A DNA stretch of 64,000 nt from Acidobacteriota bacterium. GTDB lineage: Bacteria; Acidobacteriota; UBA6911. Where the stretch lies: NCBI GenBank assembly GCA_963664705.1, contig OY761556.1, positions 544,001 through 608,000 on the forward strand, in the 5' to 3' direction. Below, piece after piece: positions 10,648 through 19,552 of this stretch. Position numbers and translations under genes: made by a program. The notes below the pieces were generated by a model. The model was not told the origin of the DNA. It saw only the letters and a list, made by a program, of their open reading frames with translations, and searched no databases. Position 1 is the first letter of the stretch; every line of letters starts with the position of its first letter.

Positions 10648-10748
10648 TTGTCCACGCATGATTTCCAGATAAATGGCGTCAGTCTGAAGCCAGGTCTTCG
10701 GGCTTCCGGGCCATGGTCTCCGAGGGGACTTCGTGTTATTGTAAATAC

Positions 10749-11882
10749 ATGAAGCTGAGTGGGTTTAGCCTTTTCCGGATAGGTGGCATCGAGATCATTG
10801 TCGATTACTCGTGGCTGGTAGTTTTTTTTCTGATCAGCTACACCATGGCGGAAAGCTACCTGCCGCAAACGAATCACAATTACTCCACGCAACAATACTG
10901 GATGATGGGAATAGCGACCTCCTCGCTCTTTTTTCTATCAATTCTGTTGCATGAACTGGCCCATTCATTCGTGGCTGTTAAAAACGGCATCAGGGTTATC
11001 AGCGTCCGGCTGCTGATCTTCGGAGGCCTTTGGCAGGCTGATTCAGAGCCGCAGAACGGGAGGCAGGAGTTTTTAATTGCCCTTGTCGGTCCCGCGATAA
11101 GCATGATGCTGGGCATATTGTCCCTGGGAGTCTTCAGCTTTTTTGAATATAGCCATTTGACTTCGCCTGCATCGGGGATTGCTTACGGACTCGGAGTTGC
11201 AAATGTATTCCTTGCCCTGCTCAACCTGATTCCCGGGTTTCCGCTTGATGGAGGAAGGATACTCAGGGCGTTCCTCTGGGATCACTGGAATGATGTGGCA
11301 CGCGCCACCAAGGTTGTCAGCCAGATTGGGAACGGGTTTGCGGTATTTCTGATCATTTTTGGCATACTGCAATTTCTGGTAACCCAGAGTCTGGTATCGG
11401 GGCTCTGGATCATTTTCATCGGTCTCTTCATGAAGCAATCGGCCGTGGGGAGTTACCAGGGAATCATGCTGAAACGGGCGCTGTCGGGCGTGCAGGTGCG
11501 GCAGATCATGACAGAGAGAATTATCAGCGTCGATTGGCTCCTTCCGATCCAGGAACTTGTCGAAAATTACATCTACAAGCACCAGTTCACCCATTTCCCC
11601 GTTTTTAACCGCGCCGAATTTATCGGAATGGTATCTCTGGATGGCGTCAAAACCCTTTCCAGAGAACTGTGGGGGTTCAAACAGGTTCGTGACATCATGA
11701 CGCCTGTTGAATTTGTCCCCTGTTTAAACCCGACCGATGACGTGAGCGAAGCCCTTTCGAAGATGGTTTCGGACGACATCGGCCGGATGCCCGTCGTGGA
11801 AGATGGCCAGTTGTTGGGCATCGTTTCCCGTCGTGACATCATGAACTTTTTCAAGATCAAGTCTGATCTGGGCGTAGCGTAA
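10749..11882 (+). CDS. Site-2 protease (M50) with tandem CBS domains
   Basis: HELAH, NLIPGFPLDGGR, multiple TM segments, CBS pair (VRQIMT, VRDIMTP, GIVSRRDI). Confidence 0.92.
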   Translation: MKLSGFSLFRIGGIEIIVDYSWLVVFFLISYTMAESYLPQTNHNYSTQQYWMMGIATSSLFFLSILLHELAHSFVAVKNGIRVISVRLLIFGGLWQADSEPQNGRQEFLIALVGPAISMMLGILSLGVFSFFEYSHLTSPASGIAYGLGVANVFLALLNLIPGFPLDGGRILRAFLWDHWNDVARATKVVSQIGNGFAVFLIIFGILQFLVTQSLVSGLWIIFIGLFMKQSAVGSYQGIMLKRALSGVQVRQIMTERIISVDWLLPIQELVENYIYKHQFTHFPVFNRAEFIGMVSLDGVKTLSRELWGFKQVRDIMTPVEFVPCLNPTDDVSEALSKMVSDDIGRMPVVEDGQLLGIVSRRDIMNFFKIKSDLGVA

Positions 11883-11942
11883 ATCAGGGTCTCACCTCAA
11901 TGGTGCGGAAACATTCCGTACCGACTTTCCGAAGGAGGCACC

Positions 11943-12800
11943 ATGATCCGCTCAATATTGCTTGTTTTAGGCGAATCGCCTTACGATACCAGTGCAAAAA
12001 ACTTTGCTTTCTGGCTTGCCAGAAAGGAAGGCAGCCAGATTCAAGCACTCTCCATTATCGACATCACCTCTTTCGAGGTTCCTGTCATCGGTACCCCCGA
12101 TGGGTTCATGCCTTCGGCGGTCATTCCGCCGCTGAAGGAAAACCGCCACGTATTGACCGAATTGACCGCGGTAGGCAATGAGCGGTTGAGCCGTTTTTCG
12201 ACGCAGTGTGCCGACAGAGGGATCCCTTGTTTTACCGAATTAAGGACAGGTATTCCCGGCGATATCATTCACCGGGCATCCATTGCTCACGATATTGTGG
12301 TGCTTTCCCGCAGTGGGTATAGCCGCGTGGATGCTGGGGGCGAGAAAATGGATGGATTTGTCGCCCCGGCCATTCGCGCTTCGGTTCGGCCTGTTCTGGT
12401 GGCCGGGGCTGAATTCCACGAGGATAGCGAAATTCGCAACGTTCTTGTCGCCTATGACGGCAGCCGGCATGCCGCGCGCGCATTGCCGTTGGCTGCGGAT
12501 CTGGCTGCGCGTCCCGGTGTTTCATGCACCTTGTTTGTGGTAGCCCATGCTGAAGAGGTGGGACAGGAAGTGCTGGAGCCCGCCGAGGCATATTTGTGCC
12601 ATCGTGGAATCGCTCCGGGAAAGCAGGTCCGCGTCAGTTCGAAATCCTCGGATGTAATCTGTGAGATGGTAAAAACAGGCGGTGTGGATTTGCTCATTAT
12701 GGGAGCCTATGGGCACAGTCCCATCCGCGAAGTGCTGTTTGGAAGCACGACGGAGCATATCCTGGCGAATTGCAGGGCCAACGTGATCCTGCAATCGTGA
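11943..12800 (+). CDS. Tandem-domain universal stress protein
   Basis: RPVLV, VLVAYDGSRHAARAL, DLLIMGAYGHS..RE..FGSTTE.IL. Confidence 0.9.
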   Translation: MIRSILLVLGESPYDTSAKNFAFWLARKEGSQIQALSIIDITSFEVPVIGTPDGFMPSAVIPPLKENRHVLTELTAVGNERLSRFSTQCADRGIPCFTELRTGIPGDIIHRASIAHDIVVLSRSGYSRVDAGGEKMDGFVAPAIRASVRPVLVAGAEFHEDSEIRNVLVAYDGSRHAARALPLAADLAARPGVSCTLFVVAHAEEVGQEVLEPAEAYLCHRGIAPGKQVRVSSKSSDVICEMVKTGGVDLLIMGAYGHSPIREVLFGSTTEHILANCRANVILQS

Positions 12801-12812
12801 TGAGGCGGCTCT

Positions 12813-13118
12813 TTATTGCCTCCTGGGGCGCACAGAACTTGTGAGAAACTCCAGCAGGGGACGCATGGATGCAGGCATAGCTTCTTCGCCTGCTTCAATG
12901 GTGCGCGTAAGAGTCTCGGTTTCTACCGTGACCTTGTAGCTGTAGCGGTCGGCTTGTCCGGTTCCAGCTTCCTGGTTCAGTGGCAGGTCGAAAAATCCAG
13001 AGCTTTTTATGAGCTGCTCCAGCCGTCGCGCCTTGGACAGGGGAAGGGTGGAGGAGTCGAGGGATCCTTTGAGCTTCATTCCGGAATACCCTCCGCTCCG
13101 CTCAATAGAAATTTTCAT
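12813..13118 (-). CDS. Protealysin inhibitor emfourin family protein
   Basis: MKISIERSGGYSG, L..L....GFF.LP, ADRYSYKVTVE, C-terminal P..LRPL-like segment; about 100 aa. Confidence 0.8.
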   Translation of the reverse strand: MKISIERSGGYSGMKLKGSLDSSTLPLSKARRLEQLIKSSGFFDLPLNQEAGTGQADRYSYKVTVETETLTRTIEAGEEAMPASMRPLLEFLTSSVRPRRQ

Positions 13119-13196
13119 ATCCAAATCTTACTACGTTCTGAGATTTGGTGAAATAAAACCGTCTCCGGCGAAACATAAGGGACAAGAAGTCAGTTA

Positions 13197-13251
13197 CCGG
13201 CGGCGGCCGCACACAACCCCCTCCCAACAGACTCAACAACCACGCCGCCGG
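13197..13251. other. GC-clamped stem-loop with C/A-rich (plus strand) loop; candidate small RNA or terminator
   Basis: CCGGCGGCG (13197-13205) / CGCCGCCGG (13243-13251) followed by GTTTTCT. Confidence 0.45.
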
Positions 13252-13273
13252 GTTTTCTCCCTGCACTCCTTAT

Positions 13274-13927
13274 TCATTTCCGAGAACGACAGCGTTTCAT
13301 GCCGTGCAATCCCACTTTCGCTTCCGGGCCATATCCATACTTGGCCAATTCCTTTGCCAGCCTTTTGCGCCCGCGATGAATGTGGTTAATGACATTCTGG
13401 TAACGTTCCGGATGGAAAAATTCGGCAATTTCCCCCGAGTCGAAGCCTGCGATCAACATTTTTATCGCTTTGCGCTGAGATAGGGGCAACTGCTCAAGAG
13501 ACTTTTCCACCAGTCTGTCCAATTCCGCATGGAATAGCCCCGACTCTGGAGAAGTGTCCAGGGAGACTTCACGAATGGATTGCTGCATGGATGCATCCTG
13601 TTCGCTGAAATAGGTAAAGCGCTGGGCTCTCCGGTAATAGTTGCCGACCTTTTTTCTCAATATTCCCAGGCTCCAGACGAGCAGTCCCTTTTCCAGTTCG
13701 GCCGGGTATTTGGTAATGAGTGTCAGGAGCGTGTCTTGCACAAGATCTTCGGCATCGGTCGGATTTAGGACACGAGTGGTGGTCAGGCGCTGCAGCACTC
13801 TGCGAATGGCGGCAAGCTCCTCATCCACACATTCGGGTTTTTCGGCTTCGGTTGCGTATTGTTCGGGGCAAGAACTTTCTGCAATAACAAAACTGTGCTC
13901 AAACGGCTGATAGGCAGGATTGTACAC
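13274..13927 (-). CDS. ECF-type sigma-70 factor
   Basis: Region 2 DAEDLVQDTLL; region 4 LEQLP..QR.A......G....EIA......V...IHRGRKRL. Confidence 0.88.
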   Translation of the reverse strand: MYNPAYQPFEHSFVIAESSCPEQYATEAEKPECVDEELAAIRRVLQRLTTTRVLNPTDAEDLVQDTLLTLITKYPAELEKGLLVWSLGILRKKVGNYYRRAQRFTYFSEQDASMQQSIREVSLDTSPESGLFHAELDRLVEKSLEQLPLSQRKAIKMLIAGFDSGEIAEFFHPERYQNVINHIHRGRKRLAKELAKYGYGPEAKVGLHGMKRCRSRK

Positions 13928-13936
13928 GGGGGGTGG

Positions 13937-13977
13937 CCCTCCAATTCAAACGGTTAAAGGATGTTTGAATTCGAGGG
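13937..13977 (-). promoter_or_regulatory. Inverted repeat sequestering the sigma-factor RBS, or a palindromic operator
   Basis: Minus strand CCCTCgAATTCAAAC-N11-GTTTGAATTgGAGGG; GGAGG lies in the 3' arm. Confidence 0.55.
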
Positions 13978-13996
13978 AACTGCTGGGGCAATTAGG

Positions 13997-14025
13997 AAAG
14001 TAAGTCTCCGTGGACGGCCTGTCAA
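13997..14025 (-). promoter_or_regulatory. Sigma-70-type promoter for the ECF sigma gene
   Basis: Minus strand TTGACA-N17-TACTTT. Confidence 0.6.
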
Positions 14026-14044
14026 GACTAAAAAGAAAGTTGCT

Positions 14045-15040
14045 TTACTTTTTGGGCCGCGGCGAAGCTTTCAGTTCATCGGGAGCGTAGTATCCCGGCC
14101 GTGACGAAACGACAGCTCCCGGCGTATCTACCCTGACATCGATCTTGCGGTAGGATCCGTCTTTTATCTCGTTTGTCGAGATATAACCGATGGTGTACTG
14201 GTTGCGTAATTCCTCGTCGACTTCAGCATAGACGTTGTTCAACTGGCCGAAGTTATTGGGGTACAGTACCCGGCCGCCGGTCTGGTATGCGATCTGCCTC
14301 AATGCGGCATCCGCCTCCAGAAATTCCCGCTGCGGTATGTTGGTGTATTCCGATTCCAGCATGGTCTTCACGGCCTGTGTTTTGCTGACCACGTAGATGG
14401 CTGCCTCGGAGTGCACGGCCGCATCCACGGCTTCTTTGAACGAGACGTAGCTCTCATTATCGAGCCCGTCACTCATGATGATCATGGCCTTTTTCTGCTT
14501 TATGCCCTTGAATACATCGTCGCACACAACATAGATGGCGTCCCACAGCTTTGTGTTATCTTTGCAGTAAATCGAGGATAGAACGTTATCAACGCGGTCT
14601 GTCTTGCGGCCCCAATCCATTTTCAGGCGGATTTCCGAGTTAAAGCTTACAACCGCAAACTCATCATCCGGCTTCAGGTTTTCCACGAATTTCTTGGTAG
14701 CATATTTGATCGTGCCCCATTCCGTGCGGACGCTGGCGCTGTTGTCCAGCACGATGGCGATGCGGGCCGGCAGTCCTTCCTGGGTAAAGAAGGCTACCTC
14801 CTGAGGCTCTCCATCCTCATAGATGTGGAATGCGCTTTTGGGGAGCGACTTGACAAAGCCACCTTCCGGCTTCCGAACCGTGATCGGGACGGTCACCATG
14901 TTGACCTCAACCCCGATTTTGAAGGCATCCTGGCCTTCCGTGGATGTGCCGGCCTGCTTGGGCTGCTGCCCCCACAGGACGGCAGCAGTGCAGGCGCAAA
15001 TAATGAATAAGGCGGTTGTATACAGTCGCACTCTTTGCAT
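14045..15040 (-). CDS. Exported vWA domain protein (acidobacterial VWFA-related type)
   Basis: Signal peptide; F.IYEDG.PQ.V..F, MIDAS LDNSASV / TKLWDA / MSDG, A..TGGR, ELRNQY.IGY, DG.YRKI.V, RPGYYA. Confidence 0.88.
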   Translation of the reverse strand: MQRVRLYTTALFIICACTAAVLWGQQPKQAGTSTEGQDAFKIGVEVNMVTVPITVRKPEGGFVKSLPKSAFHIYEDGEPQEVAFFTQEGLPARIAIVLDNSASVRTEWGTIKYATKKFVENLKPDDEFAVVSFNSEIRLKMDWGRKTDRVDNVLSSIYCKDNTKLWDAIYVVCDDVFKGIKQKKAMIIMSDGLDNESYVSFKEAVDAAVHSEAAIYVVSKTQAVKTMLESEYTNIPQREFLEADAALRQIAYQTGGRVLYPNNFGQLNNVYAEVDEELRNQYTIGYISTNEIKDGSYRKIDVRVDTPGAVVSSRPGYYAPDELKASPRPKK

Positions 15041-15051
15041 GGGATGGCCAG

Positions 15052-16488
15052 TTATGATGATAACGATTTGGACAGATTTACGTTTTCGAGCGCTGCCGGG
15101 AGCTTCTCGTAAATGCCGCCAAATCCTCCATTGGACATGATGATGATTAAGTCGCCCTCACGAATTTCTTCACATACCTTCCGGATTATACCTTCCACAT
15201 TTCCCTGATTCCAGGCAGCGCGGCCCATCCGGAGAAGGTCTTCAATCAGTTGATTTTCGTCCAGACGTTCACCGCTTGGCACCTTTTCCGGTTTGAATAG
15301 TTCTGGCATCGCTATGCAATCGGCAAAGCTCAAGGCTTCGGCGATTTCATGCTGGAAGATATTGCGCCGGCTGGTGGCTGAACGCGGTTCATAGATGGCC
15401 CAGATTCGTCCGGGATGGAACAGTTTCCTGATGGTCTGAAGCGTTTCGCGCACGGCCGTTGGATGATGCGCAAAGTCTTCATAAACCCGAATGCCCTTCA
15501 CCGTGGCCCGAAGCTGGAGCCGCCGGCGCACACCGATAAAGGATTCCATGGCCTCGCGGATCTCGTTTGGCGTCATCCCCGCCTGATTCAGGATTGCTGT
15601 TGTTGCCAGCGCGTTTCGGACATTGTATTCACCCAGAACATTCATCCGGAATCGCTGGAACAGCTTTTTTCGATAAAGAACGTCAAAGCAATAGCGGTCG
15701 CCGCTCAACTCAAAGCGGCTCGCACTCCAGTCAAAATCCGGATCCAGTCCGAACGTTTCCTTCCCGCAGAAGCAGCTGCTGCTGACTTCCACGGCTCCAG
15801 GGCTTTCGCCGCCGACAACCAGGAATCCCTGTTGGGGAATCAGGTTTACAAAACGACGAAACTGCAACTTAATGGCTTCAAGATTCGGATAGATGTCCGC
15901 GTGATCGAATTCCACATTCCCAATTACGGCAAAATAGGGCAGATAGTGCAAAAATTTTGGTCCTTTGTCGAAAAAGGCGGAGTCGTATTCGTCCCCCTCG
16001 ACGACACAGTATTGCCCTCCTTCCAATCCGTAACTGGAGCGGAAATTCTCGGCTATTCCTCCGATCAGAAAGTTTGGCGACCTGCCTCCTGCATGAAGTC
16101 CCCACGCAATCATCGACGTTGTGGTCGTTTTGCCATGCGTGCCGGTGACGACGACGGGGGTCTTGTCTCGCAGGAAGAAATTCTGCAGCGTTTCAGGAAA
16201 GGAGGCATAGGGGAGCCTGGAATTCAGTACCTGCTCAATTTCCGGATTGCCGCGTGACAGCGCATTTCCGATGACCACCAGATCCGGTTCCGGCTGCAGG
16301 TTCTTTGCAGCAAAACCCTGGGTCACGGGGATGCCTCTTTGGGCGAGGAAGTCGCTCATCGGAGGATATACTCCTTCATCCGAGCCAGACACCTCATAAC
16401 CGCTTTCCTTCAGCATGGCAGCGAGAGAAGCCATGCCGGTTCCACATATTCCGACCAGGTGAATCCTGTGAATCGTATTCGTCTGCAT
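15052..16488 (-). CDS. mpl: UDP-MurNAc:L-Ala-gamma-D-Glu-mDAP ligase (murein peptide ligase)
   Basis: HLVGICGTGM, YPPMS, GNALSRGNPE, GTHGKTTT, EGDEYDSAFFDK, EFDHADI, DFAHHPTA, EPRS, MSNGGFGG. Start reassigned to 16488. Confidence 0.93.
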   Translation of the reverse strand: MQTNTIHRIHLVGICGTGMASLAAMLKESGYEVSGSDEGVYPPMSDFLAQRGIPVTQGFAAKNLQPEPDLVVIGNALSRGNPEIEQVLNSRLPYASFPETLQNFFLRDKTPVVVTGTHGKTTTTSMIAWGLHAGGRSPNFLIGGIAENFRSSYGLEGGQYCVVEGDEYDSAFFDKGPKFLHYLPYFAVIGNVEFDHADIYPNLEAIKLQFRRFVNLIPQQGFLVVGGESPGAVEVSSSCFCGKETFGLDPDFDWSASRFELSGDRYCFDVLYRKKLFQRFRMNVLGEYNVRNALATTAILNQAGMTPNEIREAMESFIGVRRRLQLRATVKGIRVYEDFAHHPTAVRETLQTIRKLFHPGRIWAIYEPRSATSRRNIFQHEIAEALSFADCIAMPELFKPEKVPSGERLDENQLIEDLLRMGRAAWNQGNVEGIIRKVCEEIREGDLIIIMSNGGFGGIYEKLPAALENVNLSKSLSS

Positions 16489-16595
16489 AGCGCAAAACTC
16501 TACCAGAATCATGAGTACAGACCAAGATAATCGCCCAGTCGGCTGTTTGACTGAACCCAGCGCATAAGCTAAGGTTAGATTAACGGGTGTATCAA

Positions 16596-18080
16596 ATGGA
16601 TCAATTTCCTCAAAAACTTGCCGAACTGAAAAAAAGTTCTTTCCACCAGGCACACAAGAATTTGCGCAGCGTCAAAGCAGAGATGCGGGAAAATCTCATC
16701 GCGGCACTCCAGAAAGGGGAACCGCTATTCCCTGGGGTTGTCGGATATGACGATTCCGTGATTCCGCAGATCGTGAATGCCATTCTCAGCAAGCACAACA
16801 TGATTCTGTTAGGGCTGCGCGGACAGGCGAAGAGCCGTATTTTGCGCTCCCTGGTGCGTTTTCTTGATGAGTGGATGCCGGTCGTCGCGGGGTGCGAAAT
16901 CCATGATTCGCCCTATTCCCCCATTTGCCGTCGATGCCGCAGTATGGTGCCGGAGTTTGGAGATGAATTGCCGATTGAATTCATTCACCGCGAGGACCGG
17001 TATTTTGAAAAGCTCGCCACACCGGATGTAACCATCGCCGATATCATTGGAGATCTGGATCCTATTCGAGCTGCGCGGGCGGGATTGAATCTGTCCGATG
17101 AACTCACCATTCACTATGGTTTACTTCCGCGTGCGAACCGAGGAATATTTGCGCTGAATGAACTGCCGGATCTCGCGGGCAAAATCCAGGTCGGCCTTTT
17201 TGACATCCTTCAGGAAGGAGATGTCCAGATCAAGGGATATGCTGTCCGTCTCCGGTTGGACGTCGCCATGGTTTTTTCCGCAAATCCTGAGGATTACACT
17301 GCCCGCGGTAAGATCATCACTCCCCTGAAAGACCGGATTGGTTCGGAAATCCGGACCCATTATCCTGCTACCGTTGATGAGGGCATGGCCATCACCCGGC
17401 AGGAATCATGGATCGACAGAACCCCGGGTTTCCTGCTCAGCATTCCGGGATTCATCGCTGAAATCGTCGAGAGCGTCGCATTCACCGCCCGGAAGGATCC
17501 GCGTATCGACAAGCGCAGCGGGGTCAGTCAGAGACTATCGATTACCTGTCTTGAGAATGCAGTATCCAATGCGGAGCGACGCGGTTGCATGCACCGGGAG
17601 AAGACGATCGTTCCGCGCATCGGAGATATCTATGCCGCCCTTCCATCCCTGACCGGCAAATTTGAACTGGAATACGAGGGCGAATTGCGGGGTGCCGACA
17701 ATGTGGCGCGAGACCTCATTCGAACGGCAGTTGGCGAATGCTTCAATCGACTTGCGGATGGAAAAGATTACCAGCGGATCATTGACTGGTTCGAATTGGG
17801 CGGGACATTGAAGTTATCCATGGATGCTTCTACCGCGGACTGCATGGAACAATTCCGCGGCATCCAGGGATTGCTCGAGGGCGCAGACGAAATCCTTGGA
17901 CCGGGATCGCATTCTGCAGGGCATCGTGCGGCCGCCTCCGAGTTCATTCTTGAAGGGCTGTACGCCAAGAAGAAAATCAATCGGGACGAGGAGAGAGTAT
18001 TTCAGGCCGCGCAGAAATCTCAGCGAGAAGCCTATTTTGAGAATCCGGGCGAAGCCCGTAAAAGCAAGAAGTGGAATTGA
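16596..18080 (+). CDS. ChlI/magnesium-chelatase-like AAA+ ATPase
   Basis: Walker A-like GLRGQAKS, EKLATPD, RANRGIFALNELPDL, ANPEDYTARG.IITPLKDR. Confidence 0.88.
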   Translation: MDQFPQKLAELKKSSFHQAHKNLRSVKAEMRENLIAALQKGEPLFPGVVGYDDSVIPQIVNAILSKHNMILLGLRGQAKSRILRSLVRFLDEWMPVVAGCEIHDSPYSPICRRCRSMVPEFGDELPIEFIHREDRYFEKLATPDVTIADIIGDLDPIRAARAGLNLSDELTIHYGLLPRANRGIFALNELPDLAGKIQVGLFDILQEGDVQIKGYAVRLRLDVAMVFSANPEDYTARGKIITPLKDRIGSEIRTHYPATVDEGMAITRQESWIDRTPGFLLSIPGFIAEIVESVAFTARKDPRIDKRSGVSQRLSITCLENAVSNAERRGCMHREKTIVPRIGDIYAALPSLTGKFELEYEGELRGADNVARDLIRTAVGECFNRLADGKDYQRIIDWFELGGTLKLSMDASTADCMEQFRGIQGLLEGADEILGPGSHSAGHRAAASEFILEGLYAKKKINRDEERVFQAAQKSQREAYFENPGEARKSKKWN

Positions 18081-18134
18081 AACTGATTGTGATGAATGAC
18101 GGAAGCAATCAGGGAAGACGGTTCGAGATCGTTT

Positions 18135-19367
18135 ATGAAATCGGTGAACTACTCGAAATATGACGGCGAAGATTGGGATTCATTGAGCCTTGAAGAACTG
18201 CTCAATAAGTTGTCCGATTTTTTGCTGCAGTCCGGATTCGGCAATCCATACTTCGACGATCCCGCAAATAGCGACCGTGACCTTCGAGCCCTGCACGAAG
18301 CTATTTTGGATGCGCTCTTGCGGCATGCCCTGATGCCTGAGGATATGCTGCAGCAAATCGAGAAGGGGGAGGGATCGGTTGAGGAAGTTTCACGGCTTAT
18401 TCAACACATCGTGCAGAGGCTCGAGAAGGAAGGCTATATACAGTTTCGGCAGGGCAAGCCTGTCACCGAAAAGGGCGGGCGGGCACAGTTACAGGAAGGG
18501 CAGGTCCGCTTCGAATTAACGGATAAGGCTCTCGATTTCCTGGGGTACCGGACCCTGAAAAACCTTCTGGGTTCACTGGGGAAATCGAGCTTTGGCCGAC
18601 ACGATACGCGGGATCTGGCTACAGGCGTAGAGACCAGCGGTTCCACAAAATCATACGAATTTGGCGATACGCTGAATCTTGATCCCAGTGGCACCATTAT
18701 GAACTCCGTCCGGCGGCGCGGACTGCAGATGCCGCTTGATTTTGCCTACTCCGATCTGGAAATCCACCAGAGCGAATACCAGTCTTCCTGCGCGACCGTT
18801 CTTATGCTCGATTGCAGTCACAGCATGATTCTGTATGGGGAGGACCGGTTTACGCCGGCCAAGAAGGTTGCGCTGGCGCTCGCGCATCTTATCCGGACCC
18901 AATACCCCGGGGACACCTTGCGAGTGGTTTTGTTTCATGATTCGGCCGAGGAGATTCCGTTGAGCCAGCTTGCCAGGGTACAGGTGGGGCCGTTTTACAC
19001 GAATACCCGCGAAGGACTTAAACTGGCTCAGCGCCTGCTCGCGCGCGAAAATAAGGATATGCGCCAGATCATCATGATCACTGACGGCAAGCCTTCCGCA
19101 GTTACTGAACCGGATGGGACCATCTATCGCAACGCGTTTGGATTGGATCCCTATGTCGTGGGGCTTACATTCAAAGAAGTGAGCCAATGCCGCAGAGCCA
19201 ATATTCTCATCAATACTTTCATGCTGGCGCGAGACAGCGATCTGGTCGAGTTTGTCCGCAAGGTGACCGAGATCTGCAGGGGCAAGGCCTATTTTACCAC
19301 TCCACGATCGCTGGGGCAGTACATCCTCATGGACTACATGCGCAAAAAGGTCCAGCGGGTTCATTGA
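18135..19367 (+). CDS. vWA domain protein, partner of the ChlI-like ATPase
   Basis: Y.FGDTL, MIDAS LDCSHSM, YTNT, ITDGKPS. Start may be 18096 or 18135. Confidence 0.88.
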   Translation: MKSVNYSKYDGEDWDSLSLEELLNKLSDFLLQSGFGNPYFDDPANSDRDLRALHEAILDALLRHALMPEDMLQQIEKGEGSVEEVSRLIQHIVQRLEKEGYIQFRQGKPVTEKGGRAQLQEGQVRFELTDKALDFLGYRTLKNLLGSLGKSSFGRHDTRDLATGVETSGSTKSYEFGDTLNLDPSGTIMNSVRRRGLQMPLDFAYSDLEIHQSEYQSSCATVLMLDCSHSMILYGEDRFTPAKKVALALAHLIRTQYPGDTLRVVLFHDSAEEIPLSQLARVQVGPFYTNTREGLKLAQRLLARENKDMRQIIMITDGKPSAVTEPDGTIYRNAFGLDPYVVGLTFKEVSQCRRANILINTFMLARDSDLVEFVRKVTEICRGKAYFTTPRSLGQYILMDYMRKKVQRVH

Positions 19368-19510
19368 TTCCGGCAGCGGCCAAGCCTATTGGAAAAGGAC
19401 CGAAGCTGCGCGGGTGCGGTTTTTCCAAGGCATCTTTGTCCCGCCTGATCAGTGATTTTTCCGCACGTCAGACAAATTGAAATTGTACTGTCTTCTCAAG
19501 GAGGTTCTTC

Positions 19511-19540
19511 TTGAATTTGTGCGACAGCTACTTATACAAT
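19511..19540 (+). promoter_or_regulatory. Putative promoter of the glycan operon (very short leader)
   Basis: TTGAAT-N18-TACAAT ending 12 nt before ATG 19553; no SD visible. Confidence 0.4.
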
Positions 19541-19552
19541 GCCGCCTATTCT

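Noticed and set aside
16489-16653. N-terminal extension of mpl overlapping the divergent ATPase
   Set aside because: Artefact of longest-ORF calling; homology begins at MQTNTIHRIHLVGICG (16488).
16596-18080. Chlorophyll/cobalamin chelatase pathway
   Set aside because: No chelatase large subunit or tetrapyrrole genes nearby; the vWA partner points to a chaperone-type module.
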